A DNA stretch of 64,000 nucleotides, taken from positions 1,176-65,175 of the forward strand of contig JAVECW010000071.1 in NCBI GenBank assembly GCA_030841285.1, written 5' to 3'. This stretch comes from Microbacteriaceae bacterium (GTDB lineage: Bacteria; Actinomycetota; Actinomycetes; Actinomycetales; Microbacteriaceae). The stretch's first letter is position 1, and each line of letters begins with the position of its first letter. The notes below the pieces were generated by a model. The model was not told the origin of the DNA and did not search any database. It worked only from the letters and a program-made list of their open reading frames with translations. Positions 9,232 through 20,584 of the stretch are shown one piece after another. A program made the translations under genes and the position numbers.

Positions 9232-11472
9232 ATGACCGCTGCGCCTGCTTCGAACGAAGTCAACGGGGGCAGCGAAGGCGCGGGCGCGCAGAAGGCCGTC
9301 GGCGACGGCGGCCCCGGGATCCGGATCGAGCTCGACACGAAGCTCGGTGGCGTCCTGGGCGGGCGAACGGCCGGTGCCATCCAGAAGGCGTTCGGGCTGG
9401 CGACGGCCGGTGACCTGCTCAGCCACTACCCCAGGCGCTACGCACGTCGGGGGGAGCTGACCGCGCTCACACAGCTGCCCGTCGACGAGAACGTCACGAT
9501 CGTGGCCGAAGTTCTCGAGGTGCGCGAGCGCCCGATGCGCGCGCGACGCGGATCCATCCTGGAGGTGAAGATCTCTGACGGCAAGGGCATCCTGAGCCTC
9601 ACGTTCTTCAACCAGGCCTGGCGCGCGCGCGATCTGCACCCTGGCGTGCGCGGGATCTTTGCAGGCAAGGTCTCCGACTATCGCGGTGCGCTGCAGCTCA
9701 CACACCCCGACTACGAGCTCTTCGAGGCGGATGCTATCGGTGCAGACCCCCAGTCCGCCCGCAAGTGGGCGGAGACCCCGATCCCGATCTACCCCGCCAC
9801 CGCCACAATCGCAAGCTGGCAGGTGCAGAAGGCAATCGCGCTCGTTCTCGACGGCCTCGGCGAGGTGCCCGACCCGGTGAACGACGAGCTTCGGGAATCC
9901 CGTGGGCTCCTCCCGTATCGCCAGGCCCTCGAGTTCGTGCACGTTCCGGAGAAGGATTCCGACTGGCAGCGTGCGCGGGACACCCTGCGATTCCAGGAGG
10001 CATTCGTGCTCCAGGCTGCATTGCTCCAGCAGCGCGCCATGGCTCGCGCGCAGAGCGCTGTGCCTCGCGTCCCCGCTCCGGGCGGGTTGCTCGAGCGGTT
10101 CGACGCGGCAACGACGTTCTCACTCACGAACGACCAGCGGGTCGTGGGTGGCGAGATCGCGCGCGACCTGGCCGAGGAAGCCCCGATGAATCGGCTCGTG
10201 CAGGGCGAGGTCGGTAGTGGCAAGACGCTGGTTGCGCTGCGTGCGATGCTCGCCGTCGCCGACTCCGGCGGGCAGTCCGCCTTGCTTGCGCCGACGGAGG
10301 TGCTCGCCGCGCAGCATCTCCGCTCGATCGCCAGGGTGCTCGGTCCGGAGCTCTCGGCAGAACTCATGCCCACGCTGCTCACCGGTCAGCTTCCCGCTGC
10401 CGATCGCAAGAAGGCATTGCTGCGTACGGTGTCCGGCCAGGCGCGGATCGTCGTCGGCACGCACGCGCTCATCGGCGACGCCGTCACCTTCTTCGACCTC
10501 GGTCTCGTCGTCGTCGACGAGCAGCACAGGTTCGGCGTCGACCAGCGCGAGGCCCTTCGCCTCAAGGGCGCGACTCCGCCGCATGTGCTCGTGCTCACGG
10601 CAACACCGATCCCGCGTACCGTCGCCATGACCGTATTCGGCGACCTGGATGTCTCGATCATCGCCGAGCTTCCCGCCGGCCGGCAGGGCATCGAGAGCTT
10701 CGTCGTTCCGCTCTCCGACCGGCCGGGCTGGGAGTCGCGAATCTGGGAGCGCGCCGCCGAGGAGATCGCCAAGGGGCGCCAGGTTTTCGTCGTGTGCCCG
10801 GCAATCACGGCCAAAGAGCTGGAGGAGACGGACGCCGTCCTGGAGCCGGTCGCGGCAGCGACCGCATCCGTCGAAGCCGTCTTTGAGCAGGCGCGGGCCA
10901 ATCCACTGTTCGCGACCGCCCGGCTGGCGGCCCTGCATGGCAAGCTGCCGAGCGACGCCAAGGACGCCGTCATGCGAGGCTTCGCGGCGGGGGAGATCGA
11001 CCTGCTCGTCGCCACGACAGTGATCGAGGTCGGTGTCGATGTGCCGAATGCGTCCGTCATGGCGATCCTCGATGCCGATCGATTCGGCGTCTCCCAGCTA
11101 CACCAGTTGCGCGGCCGCGTCGGTCGGGGTGGGGTGCCGGGGCTGTGCCTGTTCGTCACGCGGGCCGAGCAGGGGACGCTAGCCAGGGAGCGCGTCGATG
11201 CGGTTGCCGCGACCCTCGACGGCTTCGAACTCGCGCAGGTCGACCTCGAGCTTCGCCAGGAGGGCGACGTGCTTGGAAGCCGGCAATCCGGCGGCCGATC
11301 CTCACTCCGGCTGCTGCGCGTCGCGCGCGACGGCGACCTCATCGCTGAGGCCAGGGAAGCCGCGAATGGTGTGCTCGAGGCCGACCCGGGGCTCACGGAG
11401 CACCGTGCGCTTGGCGCCGCGCTCGCACGCAGGCTCGACTCGGCCGAGCGTGACTTCCTCGCCAAGAACTAG
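9232..11472 (+). CDS. recG: ATP-dependent DNA helicase RecG
   Basis: 746 aa. Wedge/OB N-terminus, Walker A GEVGSGKT, DEQHRFG box and helicase C-terminal motifs (QLHQLRGRVGRG). Confidence 0.93.
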   Translation: MTAAPASNEVNGGSEGAGAQKAVGDGGPGIRIELDTKLGGVLGGRTAGAIQKAFGLATAGDLLSHYPRRYARRGELTALTQLPVDENVTIVAEVLEVRERPMRARRGSILEVKISDGKGILSLTFFNQAWRARDLHPGVRGIFAGKVSDYRGALQLTHPDYELFEADAIGADPQSARKWAETPIPIYPATATIASWQVQKAIALVLDGLGEVPDPVNDELRESRGLLPYRQALEFVHVPEKDSDWQRARDTLRFQEAFVLQAALLQQRAMARAQSAVPRVPAPGGLLERFDAATTFSLTNDQRVVGGEIARDLAEEAPMNRLVQGEVGSGKTLVALRAMLAVADSGGQSALLAPTEVLAAQHLRSIARVLGPELSAELMPTLLTGQLPAADRKKALLRTVSGQARIVVGTHALIGDAVTFFDLGLVVVDEQHRFGVDQREALRLKGATPPHVLVLTATPIPRTVAMTVFGDLDVSIIAELPAGRQGIESFVVPLSDRPGWESRIWERAAEEIAKGRQVFVVCPAITAKELEETDAVLEPVAAATASVEAVFEQARANPLFATARLAALHGKLPSDAKDAVMRGFAAGEIDLLVATTVIEVGVDVPNASVMAILDADRFGVSQLHQLRGRVGRGGVPGLCLFVTRAEQGTLARERVDAVAATLDGFELAQVDLELRQEGDVLGSRQSGGRSSLRLLRVARDGDLIAEAREAANGVLEADPGLTEHRALGAALARRLDSAERDFLAKN

Positions 11473-11547
11473 GTCGCGGATGCGGCCAGAAAGTTCGCGG
11501 GGAATCCGATAACGAATCGATAACCCGGACAGCTATTCTGGAGATCT

Positions 11548-12026
11548 ATGAACAGGATCGCCGTTGTCCCTGGATCGTTCGATCCCGTCACCCTGGGTCA
11601 CCTCGATGTGATCGAGAGGGCTGCTGGCCTGTTCGACGAGGTGCACGTGCTGGTCGTGCACAACCCCGGCAAGTCCGCGCTCCTGCCCATCGCCCAGCGC
11701 GTCGCCCTGCTTGAGCGCTCGATCAGCGATGCCGGCCTGCCGCGCAACATCATCGTCGCTTCCTGGAGCGTTGGCCTGCTCGTCGATTACTGCACGGATG
11801 TCGGCGCGCACGTCCTCATCAAGGGCATCCGCTCGCAGGTCGACGTTGCATACGAGACTCCGATGGCGATCGTCAACCGCAACCTCGCGGCCGTCGAGAC
11901 GATCTTCATGCTTCCGGACCCGGCCAACGCCCACGTTTCGAGTTCGCTCGTTCGTCAGGTCTCCGCGTTAGGCGGAGACGTGAGTCCATATGTTCCAGCC
12001 GCGGTATTCGAGTACTTGCAGGAGAC

Positions 12027-12030
<4 letters not shown>
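11548..12030 (+). CDS. coaD: phosphopantetheine adenylyltransferase
   Basis: 160 aa. [14 protein letters not shown] nucleotidyltransferase motif. Full-length CoaD-like. Confidence 0.95.
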
Positions 12031-13061
<1,031 letters not shown>

Positions 13062-13067
13062 GTCGCC

Positions 13068-14411
13068 GTGTTCCAGCGCACGCACCAGGCCACCTCGGTT
13101 CGACGACCGCGGCCGACGATGCGCGGCTGGGGTTTGCTTGGCGCCGGAGTCGTCGTGCTCGCGGCATCCGCCTTCTTCGCTCGCTCCGACCTGCTCTTCG
13201 GTGGCCTCGTCTTGGTCACCTGCCCACTCGCGGCCATGCTGTCCGTGACGATCGACAGGCCGAGGCTGAGCGCCACGCGCACCTTCAGCCCGGAGGTCGT
13301 CGCGATCGACGAGACGACGACTGTCACGACCACCGCGCGAAACCAGGCTGCCCTCCCGACGCCTGCAGCGGTGTGGCGCGAGCGCGCGCCGCTGGGACTC
13401 GCGGTGCAGGATGCGGCGCCGTTCCCGCGTCTTGCCGGCCACAGCCCGACAACCAACAACGGGCGTGACACGGTAACGCTTCGGCAGCGCGTGACGGCCT
13501 CTCGGCGCGGCGCCCACGACATCGGTCCGCTCATCGTCACTCGCACCGATCCATTCGGCCTCGCATACGGCGAGTTCTCGATCGGTCAACCCAAGCAATT
13601 GCTCGTAACGCCGAGGGTTACGGCACTGCCGCGCGGTGAGCTCGATATCGCGAAGAGCGAGGGGACAGAGCACGAACTCCTTCGCCACAGCATCCCGAGC
13701 GCAGATGAACTCATAGCCAGGGAGTACCGGCCGGGTGACCCATTGCGCCGCGTTCACTGGCGCGCGACGGCCCGCCACGACAAGCTCATGGTCAGGCAGG
13801 AGGAACAGCGCAGCAATCCAGAGGCATGGATGCTGTTCGATACCCAGCGCGACGCGCGCCGCGATCCGCACCAGCAGTTCGGGCACGAGCAGGACCCGGC
13901 ATTCGAAGCCGTCGTCGAGCTCGTGGCGTCCATCGCCGTCCACCTACTCGATCAGGGATTCGTGCTGAGCGTTGTCGAGACGGGGCCGCGGCAGCTCGCC
14001 GGACGAACTGGCGCGGGAAGAAGTGGGACGCTCGGGACGTCGACCCCGACATTCGACCTCGGCGGAGCGGACCAGCTGCTCCTGGCCGAGCTCGCGGGAG
14101 TGGAGCAGTCGACCCAACCGCGCGACGACTACATTGGTGAGCTGTCCGCAGGACTCCGCCGAAGCGGTCGGGCGGTTCCAGTCTTCGCGGTCCTTCTCGA
14201 CGGTTCCCTCGACGAGCTCGGTGCGCTCGGCTCCCTACGTCCGATGTGCGAGCCGGCCGTCGCGTTCATCGGAGAAACGGCGGACCCGATGGTCGCCGAG
14301 ACCCTGGGACGGGCCGGCTGGTTCTGCGCGCCTTTCGATCGGGCGACGGGCACGCTCGTGGCCTGGCAGCGTGCGCTTGCCCGGCATCGGGCGGTGAGTC
14401 ACAGTGGTTAG
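13068..14411 (+). CDS. DUF58 domain-containing membrane protein (MoxR partner)
   Basis: GTG lies 6 nt after the moxR stop. Two N-terminal TM helices. DUF58 signature EYRPGDPLRRVHWRATARHDKLMVRQ. Confidence 0.8.
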   Translation: MFQRTHQATSVRRPRPTMRGWGLLGAGVVVLAASAFFARSDLLFGGLVLVTCPLAAMLSVTIDRPRLSATRTFSPEVVAIDETTTVTTTARNQAALPTPAAVWRERAPLGLAVQDAAPFPRLAGHSPTTNNGRDTVTLRQRVTASRRGAHDIGPLIVTRTDPFGLAYGEFSIGQPKQLLVTPRVTALPRGELDIAKSEGTEHELLRHSIPSADELIAREYRPGDPLRRVHWRATARHDKLMVRQEEQRSNPEAWMLFDTQRDARRDPHQQFGHEQDPAFEAVVELVASIAVHLLDQGFVLSVVETGPRQLAGRTGAGRSGTLGTSTPTFDLGGADQLLLAELAGVEQSTQPRDDYIGELSAGLRRSGRAVPVFAVLLDGSLDELGALGSLRPMCEPAVAFIGETADPMVAETLGRAGWFCAPFDRATGTLVAWQRALARHRAVSHSG

Positions 14412-16668
14412 CATCGCTGTTGCCCCCGTCGCAGTCGGCTTGACCAGGCGCGCGGGGTCGTGGCGTCTCACATCCGCGCTCCTGCTCGTTCTGCTCGCCA
14501 CGAGTTTCAGCCTCATCGGACTCATTGACGGCCTCGGCTGGTGGTTCCTGATGCTTTTCGTGGGGTCGCTCATCCTCGTCGCGGGAACGGTATTGCGGAC
14601 GCTGGGCGTTCCGCGCGTCCTGATTCCACTCATCGAAGTTGCGATTCTCGCGGTCATCCTGACGCTCGGCTTTGGTCGTGGCACGGGATTCCTCGGCATC
14701 ATCCCGACGACAGGCACGTTCGAGCGATTCGGCGCCCTGGGCGATCTCGCCAGGACGTCGATCTATGATCAGGGAACGCCTGCGCCGCCTCTCATCGAGT
14801 TCATGTTCCTGATCGTGCTGGGAACGGGAGTTCTGGCGATCCTCCTCGACACGCTCGCGATCACTCTCAAGCTCCCAGGATGGGCGGGGTTGGCCCTCGT
14901 GCCCGTCCTGGTCGTGCCGGCCGTGCTGTTCACCGGTGGCGTTTCCCCGGCCGCGCTGGCCGTGTGCGCCGCGGCCTTCCTGTTTCTCCTGCGTTCGGAT
15001 GCGCGACAACGGCACCAGGCGACCCCGCGGCTGGCGGCATCGTTCGCAATCGGGGCGGCATCGATCGTCGTGGCACTCGTGATCGCGGTCACGGCTCCTG
15101 GCTTCGATCGTGGCGGGGCAACGTCGTTCAGCGCATCGGGGATCTCGATCGGCGGTACCGTAACACCCCTGATCGATCTGGGCCGTGACTTGCGGCGCCC
15201 GGCCGCGGTGCATGTCTTGAGCTATACGTCGACGGCGCCGGCGCCGCAGTACCTCAAGCTCACGTCGCTCGATCGCTTCACGGGGACCGTATGGAAGCAT
15301 CGCGAACGTGCGATGAACCGGCTGCCCGCCGCTGACACGATCGGCCACGCTCTCGGCCTTTCAACGGCGGTCGCGACGAAGAAGTTCGAAACGACCGTGC
15401 ACATCGACAGCATGAACAGCCGGTGGCTTCCCGTGCCATTTCCGGTGACGAGCGTGAGTGGCTTGAGTGGGACGTGGGCGTGGGATCCTGCGGACCTCAC
15501 GATCGGAGCCGTGGACACGAACGCGGCGGGCCAAAACTACAAGGCCACCAGCCTGCTCATCAGCCCGACCATCGCGCAGCTGAAGGATGACACCGGCCTG
15601 GTGCCCGCGTCACTCATCTCAGACCTCTTCGTTCCGAATGATCTCCCAGCGATCATCACGCAGACGGCCGTACAAGCCACGGTGGGGGCGACGAGCAAAT
15701 ACGAGAAGGCCGTTGCACTTCAGGACTACTTCCGCCTGTCGGACTTCCAGTATTCGGTGGACACACCCCTCGAGCAGGGTTACGGCGGAGACGGCATGGC
15801 CGTCATAGCGACCTTCCTCGAGGCGAAGTCGGGCTACTGCGTTCATTTCGCATCCGCGATGGCGATCATGGCCCGCACCCTCGGGATCCCTTCTCGGGTC
15901 TCGATCGGGTACCTGCCTGGCGCTTCGAGCCCGGGTGCGTTCGGAAGCAGCGCCGTGTACAACGTGACGTCAGATGACCTGCACGCGTGGCCGGAGCTGT
16001 ATTTCGCCGGAGTGGGCTGGGTCCCGTTCGAGCCGACCGTCGGGCGAGGCCTCATCCCGTCATACACGAGGCCCGATTCGGCGCTGACGCTGCCGACGAA
16101 TCCGACCGGCTCAGCGACCACCCAATCGAGCCGGCCCCTCGTTCCCGTTGACCCGACGACGACAGCCACGTCGTCGAGCGGGAGGGGGCAGACGGCCATC
16201 CAGCCCGTTGTCTCCGGTGTGGGGGGCGGACTTCTGGTGGCAGCGCTGCTTCTCGCTCCTGCGTTCTTGCGGCGGTGGCGTCGCAGGACCAGGCTGCGCC
16301 AGCTCAGGGACGAGTGGGGGGGCGCAACCATCGCATGGAGCGAGCTGCGCGACACTGCGCGTGACTTCGGGTGGTACGTCTCAGACACGGAGACCCCACG
16401 TGCCTTCGCGGCGCGTGTGGGCGACATCCTCTCCGACCTGAATCGGCTCGACGCGCTCGATCGGTTGTTGCTGGCAGTCGAACGAGAGAGCTTCGGTCCG
16501 CCCGGGCGGTTCCACGCGCGCGGCGTTGCGGATGATCTCGAGCTCGTCCTCGCCGGCCTGGAGGAACAGGCCGGGCGCATCGGTCGGCTCAAGGCCGTCG
16601 TGATCCCGGCTTCTCTCGTGCCCTCGGCGTGGTTGCCGTCGTCGGAAACCAGGGCCGCGAACGCGTAG
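14404..16668 (+). CDS. transglutaminase-like domain membrane protein (TgpA-like)
   Basis: GTG overlaps the DUF58 stop by 8 nt. About 6 N-terminal TM helices. Transglutaminase core GYCVHFASAM ... LHAWPELYF ... GWVPFEPT. One C-terminal TM helix. Confidence 0.85.
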   Translation: MVSIAVAPVAVGLTRRAGSWRLTSALLLVLLATSFSLIGLIDGLGWWFLMLFVGSLILVAGTVLRTLGVPRVLIPLIEVAILAVILTLGFGRGTGFLGIIPTTGTFERFGALGDLARTSIYDQGTPAPPLIEFMFLIVLGTGVLAILLDTLAITLKLPGWAGLALVPVLVVPAVLFTGGVSPAALAVCAAAFLFLLRSDARQRHQATPRLAASFAIGAASIVVALVIAVTAPGFDRGGATSFSASGISIGGTVTPLIDLGRDLRRPAAVHVLSYTSTAPAPQYLKLTSLDRFTGTVWKHRERAMNRLPAADTIGHALGLSTAVATKKFETTVHIDSMNSRWLPVPFPVTSVSGLSGTWAWDPADLTIGAVDTNAAGQNYKATSLLISPTIAQLKDDTGLVPASLISDLFVPNDLPAIITQTAVQATVGATSKYEKAVALQDYFRLSDFQYSVDTPLEQGYGGDGMAVIATFLEAKSGYCVHFASAMAIMARTLGIPSRVSIGYLPGASSPGAFGSSAVYNVTSDDLHAWPELYFAGVGWVPFEPTVGRGLIPSYTRPDSALTLPTNPTGSATTQSSRPLVPVDPTTTATSSSGRGQTAIQPVVSGVGGGLLVAALLLAPAFLRRWRRRTRLRQLRDEWGGATIAWSELRDTARDFGWYVSDTETPRAFAARVGDILSDLNRLDALDRLLLAVERESFGPPGRFHARGVADDLELVLAGLEEQAGRIGRLKAVVIPASLVPSAWLPSSETRAANA

Positions 16669-16679
16669 AATCGGTCTCC

Positions 16680-17246
16680 GTGACAAAGTTCAGGACGACT
16701 CCGTACACGATCAATGTGTATGACCTCATGCACCGGCCGGGTGAGATGCGTGAGCAGACGCTTGCGCTGCCCGTGGTCGAGCACATGGGCGAAGGGCTCG
16801 TGAGTGTTCCCGTCGGCGCTACGATCGACGCCGACCTGCGTTTCGAGTCGATGCACGAGGGCATTCTCGTGAGTGCCGAGCTTTCGTCAACGGCTCCAGG
16901 TGTGTGTGGTCGCTGCCTGATTGACATCGAGCTTCCGGTCCAAGTCGATTTCCAGGAGCTTTTCGCGTATTCTTCTGACGAAGCTTTTGATTTTGAGGTT
17001 CACGACGACCACGTGGATCTTGAACCTCTGATCAGGGATGCGGTAGTGCTTTCACTGCCGTTTCAGCCGGTGTGCCGGCCGGACTGCCCAGGTCTCGACC
17101 CAGAGACAGGGGAGCGGCTGGCGGATCAGCCGGAATACAAGCCACGAGAAATCGCAGATCCGCGATGGTCTGCGCTTGCGAATTTCCCCGCTTCCGAAGA
17201 CACCAGTGCTGGCCACGCCAGTCCTGCAGACAGAGAAGAGAGATAG
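16680..17246 (+). CDS. YceD/DUF177 family protein
   Basis: ORF 16629-17246. GTG 16680 is the first start after the upstream stop. CxxC...C pattern ([13 protein letters not shown]). Sits immediately upstream of rpmF, as is typical. Confidence 0.8.
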   Translation: MTKFRTTPYTINVYDLMHRPGEMREQTLALPVVEHMGEGLVSVPVGATIDADLRFESMHEGILVSAELSSTAPGVCGRCLIDIELPVQVDFQELFAYSSDEAFDFEVHDDHVDLEPLIRDAVVLSLPFQPVCRPDCPGLDPETGERLADQPEYKPREIADPRWSALANFPASEDTSAGHASPADREER

Positions 17247-17248
17247 TC

Positions 17249-17452
17249 ATGGCTGTTCCGAAGCGGAAGAAGTCACGCGCAAACACGCACGCTCGTCGTT
17301 CGCAGTGGAAGGCCGAGGTTCCCACCTTGGTCAAGACCATCGAAAACGGCAAGGTCACATACAGCCTCCCGCACCGCGCCAAGGTGGTCGAGGACTCGGC
17401 TGGAACCGCGCTGTTCCTCGAATACAAGGGCCGCAAGGTCGCCGACGTTTAG
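17249..17452 (+). CDS. rpmF: 50S ribosomal protein L32
   Basis: [22 protein letters not shown]-terminus. ATG 17249 lies within ORF 17072-17452. Confidence 0.95.
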   Translation: MAVPKRKKSRANTHARRSQWKAEVPTLVKTIENGKVTYSLPHRAKVVEDSAGTALFLEYKGRKVADV

Positions 17453-17479
17453 TCGGTAGCCGTCAGCAGTCACAGCGCA

Positions 17480-18193
17480 ATGTCGAGTGCACATCCTGAC
17501 CGGAGTGCACTCGTCGCGCGACTCGGAGTCGACATCGGCTCCGAGTTGCTTGAGCTTGCACTGACGCACCGCTCGTACGCGTACGAGCACGGCGGCATCC
17601 CGAACAACGAGCGCCTGGAGTTTCTCGGCGATTCGATTCTCGGGCAGGCGGTGACGGTCAAGCTCTATCGGGATAATCCTGGGCTTGACGAGGGCGACCT
17701 CGCAAAGCGCCGTGCGAGCGTGGTCAGCAGTGTCGCGCTCGCAGAGGTCGGGCGCAACATCGGGCTCGGCGACTTTCTCCTGCTCGGCAGGGGGGAGGAT
17801 TCGAGCGGCGGGCGCAATAAGCCGTCGATCATCGCCGACACCGTCGAGGCGCTCATCGGGGCTGTGTACCTGGATGCGGGTGCCGACGCAGCGACCGAGC
17901 TCGTGCTCCGCCTGATCGCGCCGCTCCTGGATGATCCGCATCGCTTCGGGGCGGCAATCGATCCGAAGACCAGCCTCCAGGAGGCCGTCGCGCACCGAGG
18001 TTTCGGGCTTCCCGTGTACACCGTGACGAATTCCGGTCCTGACCACAACAAGCTCTTTCACGCGAGCGTCGAAGTGGTCGGGCTGGTCAGCGCAGAGGGC
18101 CAGGGTACGAGCAAGAAGCAGGCAGAGATGGCTGCCGCACTCACCGCATGGACCGAACTGGCCGAGCGCAGTGCCAGAACTCCCCGAGGTTGA
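17480..18193 (+). CDS. rnc: ribonuclease III
   Basis: ERLEFLGDSILG signature and a C-terminal dsRBD. 237 aa. Confidence 0.95.
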   Translation: MSSAHPDRSALVARLGVDIGSELLELALTHRSYAYEHGGIPNNERLEFLGDSILGQAVTVKLYRDNPGLDEGDLAKRRASVVSSVALAEVGRNIGLGDFLLLGRGEDSSGGRNKPSIIADTVEALIGAVYLDAGADAATELVLRLIAPLLDDPHRFGAAIDPKTSLQEAVAHRGFGLPVYTVTNSGPDHNKLFHASVEVVGLVSAEGQGTSKKQAEMAAALTAWTELAERSARTPRG

Positions 18194-19103
18194 AGTCGTC
18201 CGGGCCGGTCTCGAACCGGCTGTCACGGGCGCCACAATCTCTGCCGTCGAGGTCTTCGAACCGCGCTCCCTGAGGCGGCATGATCCGGCGCGCGGCGCCT
18301 TCATCGACCAACTTGAGGGGCAGCGGATGTCTGCCGCGGTTCGCCGAGGCAAGTTCCTGTGGATCCCACTGGGCCCGGACACCGGGACGGTCGCGACCCG
18401 CGCGCTCGTCGCGCATCTTGGCATGAGCGGCCAGGTGTTGTTGAGGGAGCCCGGATCCGCAGATGAGCCGCAGCTGCGCATCCGGCTTCACATCGAGCAT
18501 CCGGAGCACGGCGAGCTCTGGATCAACTTCGCCGACCAGCGCATTTTCGGCTCGATGGCCGTCGACGCGCTCATCCCGACGCGGGATGGCCTCCCGGCCG
18601 GCCAGGGGTCGGCTTCGCCGCTCGTCCCCAGCCAGGTGGCGCACATCGCGCGCGATCCACTCGATCCGGGCTTCTCGGATGCCGCCTTTCTCGCGGCGCT
18701 GAGGCGCAAGAGCACGGGCATCAAGCGCGCGCTGCTCGACCAGACCCTGGTCAGCGGTGTCGGGAATATCTATGCGGATGAGGCGCTCTGGGCCGCGAGA
18801 ATCCACTACGCCCAGCAGTCGTCGACGCTCTCGCCCGCCCGCTCGAAGATTCTCCTTCGCGAGGTAAGACTCGTGCTGGCGAAGGCGCTCGCGGAGGGCG
18901 GCACGAGCTTCGACGCGCAATACGTCAACGTCAATGGGGACTCCGGATACTTCTCGCACAGCCTGAATGCCTACGGCCAACAGGGGAAACCATGCCCGAG
19001 GTGCGGCGCAACGATCGTGCGGGAGCAGTTTATGAACCGCTCATCGCACCTGTGCCCACGCTGTCAGAAGCCAGTGCGACGAATCGCATCGCGTACAGAT
19101 TAA
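18171..19103 (+). CDS. mutM: formamidopyrimidine-DNA glycosylase
   Basis: GTG start gives (M)PELPEVE. C-terminal zinc finger CPRCG...CPRCQ. Overlaps rnc by 23 nt. Confidence 0.93.
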   Translation: MPELPEVEVVRAGLEPAVTGATISAVEVFEPRSLRRHDPARGAFIDQLEGQRMSAAVRRGKFLWIPLGPDTGTVATRALVAHLGMSGQVLLREPGSADEPQLRIRLHIEHPEHGELWINFADQRIFGSMAVDALIPTRDGLPAGQGSASPLVPSQVAHIARDPLDPGFSDAAFLAALRRKSTGIKRALLDQTLVSGVGNIYADEALWAARIHYAQQSSTLSPARSKILLREVRLVLAKALAEGGTSFDAQYVNVNGDSGYFSHSLNAYGQQGKPCPRCGATIVREQFMNRSSHLCPRCQKPVRRIASRTD

Positions 19104-19140
19104 GTCTGCGTTTCATCTTGCGATTTCCTTCAGAAATGCT

Positions 19141-19168
19141 TTGCGTGCGATTCAGACTCTTATACGCT
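19141..19168 (+). promoter_or_regulatory. candidate sigma-70-type promoter for the amino-acid ABC operon
   Basis: TTGCGT (19141-19146), a 16-nt spacer, then TACGCT (19163-19168, TAnnnT), in a locally AT-rich spacer about 75 nt upstream of ATG 19242. Pattern match only. Confidence 0.25.
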
Positions 19169-19241
19169 CAGGCAAACATCACAGTGGAACCGAGGCCATC
19201 GTCTCGGCGCACCTTCCCGCATTCATTCGAGAGGTAGATCC

Positions 19242-20459
19242 ATGCTCAAAAAGAAAGTCCTGACCAGTTTGGCCATTGCCGCAGCGGCTGGCCTCCTGAT
19301 GTCGGGTTGTGCAAACCAGGGATCCACCAGCACGAGCACGTCGGCGAGCAAAATCAACATCCCCGCTATCACCACGATCCAGACCCCCGCCAATGCGGTA
19401 CTTCCCGCCGGCGACGGAAAGGCGACGTGCCCTGCGGGCCTGACGCTCGGGTACATCGGCGCCGAGACCGGAGCCAACGCCCAGCTGGGCATCAACATCT
19501 ACGACGGCGTGCAGCTCGCGCTCGACCAGCACAACAAGGCCAACCCTGGCTGCCAGGTCGGCTTCAAGAAGTTCGACACCGAAGGCGACCCGACCAAGGC
19601 GACCGGCCCGGTGACCCAGGCCGTCAACGAGGCGGACATCGTCGGCGTCGTCGGTCTCCCGTTCTCGGGAGAGTCGAAAGCGACCGGCAACATCCTCGAG
19701 CAGAAGGGCCTTGTTCACATCACGCCGTCTGCCACGAACCCCGGCCTGACCACAAACGGCTGGACCACGTTCTTCCGTGGCCTCGGCAATGATGCGGTCC
19801 AGGGCCCGGCTGCGGCCAAGTTCGTCACCGGCCAACTGCAGGCGAAGAAGGTCTACCTGGTGCAGGACGACTCCGACTACGGCATCGGCCTCGCGGCCAC
19901 CACCTCGAAGGCACTTGGCAGCGCGCTTATCGGCACCGACAAGGTCACGACCGGCCAGAAGGACTTCTCCGCGGTGATCTCCAAGATCATCAACGCGAAG
20001 CCGGACGCGGTGTACTACTCGGGCTACTACGCCGAGGGCGCTCCCTTCGACCAGCAGCTCGTCACCAAGGGCTACACCGGAACGTTCGTTGCCCCTGATG
20101 GGGTGAAGGACGACCAGTTCATCAAGCTGGCCGGTAACGCGTCAGCTAACGCGTACTTCACCTGCCCATGCATCCCGGGTGAGCTCATCCCAACCTTCGA
20201 GAGCGCGTACAAGACGTCGTTCAACCTCGAGCCGGGAACCTACTCGATTGAAGGATACGACGCGGCGACGATCCTGCTCTCGGGCATCGACGCGGGCCAG
20301 ACCACTCGTGCAGACCTCCTGGCCTGGGTTAAGTCGTACAACAAGGACGGCCTGAGCAAGCACTACAAGTGGGATACCACGGGCGAGCTCCAGGCGCCGA
20401 CCGTGTACGGCTACAAGGTGGAGAACGGCAAGATCGTTCCCATCGGGACGATCGGATAG
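19242..20459 (+). CDS. branched-chain amino acid ABC transporter substrate-binding lipoprotein (LivJ/K-like)
   Basis: Signal peptide plus lipobox (LLMSGC). Type-I periplasmic binding fold sequence. First gene of the liv-like operon. Confidence 0.9.
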   Translation: MLKKKVLTSLAIAAAAGLLMSGCANQGSTSTSTSASKINIPAITTIQTPANAVLPAGDGKATCPAGLTLGYIGAETGANAQLGINIYDGVQLALDQHNKANPGCQVGFKKFDTEGDPTKATGPVTQAVNEADIVGVVGLPFSGESKATGNILEQKGLVHITPSATNPGLTTNGWTTFFRGLGNDAVQGPAAAKFVTGQLQAKKVYLVQDDSDYGIGLAATTSKALGSALIGTDKVTTGQKDFSAVISKIINAKPDAVYYSGYYAEGAPFDQQLVTKGYTGTFVAPDGVKDDQFIKLAGNASANAYFTCPCIPGELIPTFESAYKTSFNLEPGTYSIEGYDAATILLSGIDAGQTTRADLLAWVKSYNKDGLSKHYKWDTTGELQAPTVYGYKVENGKIVPIGTIG

Positions 20460-20470
20460 TTCGCACTAGT

Positions 20471-20525
20471 GAGAATGCCGCGGGGATGACGCTCGCGCGT
20501 CGCCCCGCGGCATTCTCGTTCTTCC
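20471..20525 (+). terminator. strong intra-operon hairpin (partial terminator/attenuator) after the binding-protein gene
   Basis: GAGAATGCCGCGGGG (20471-20485) pairs perfectly with CCCCGCGGCATTCTC (20503-20517). An inner GACGC/GCGTC stem is also present. GTTCTTCC follows. Confidence 0.6.
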
Positions 20526-20584
20526 ACTGTGGCTATCCGCCCGGATCCACGCTGATTCGGGCTCGTTTAAGTCTGGATGTCTGA

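Noticed and set aside
7565-9942. N-terminal extensions of track ORFs (7025-7921, 8599-9942, 38667-40343, 39980-41593, 44355-45476, 47613-48839, 58451-60754, 60670-62817 and others)
   Set aside because: The extensions overlap upstream genes or are Arg/Pro-rich junk. Homology-like sequence begins at an internal ATG/GTG with a plausible Shine-Dalgarno sequence or stop-start coupling, so I trimmed the coordinates.
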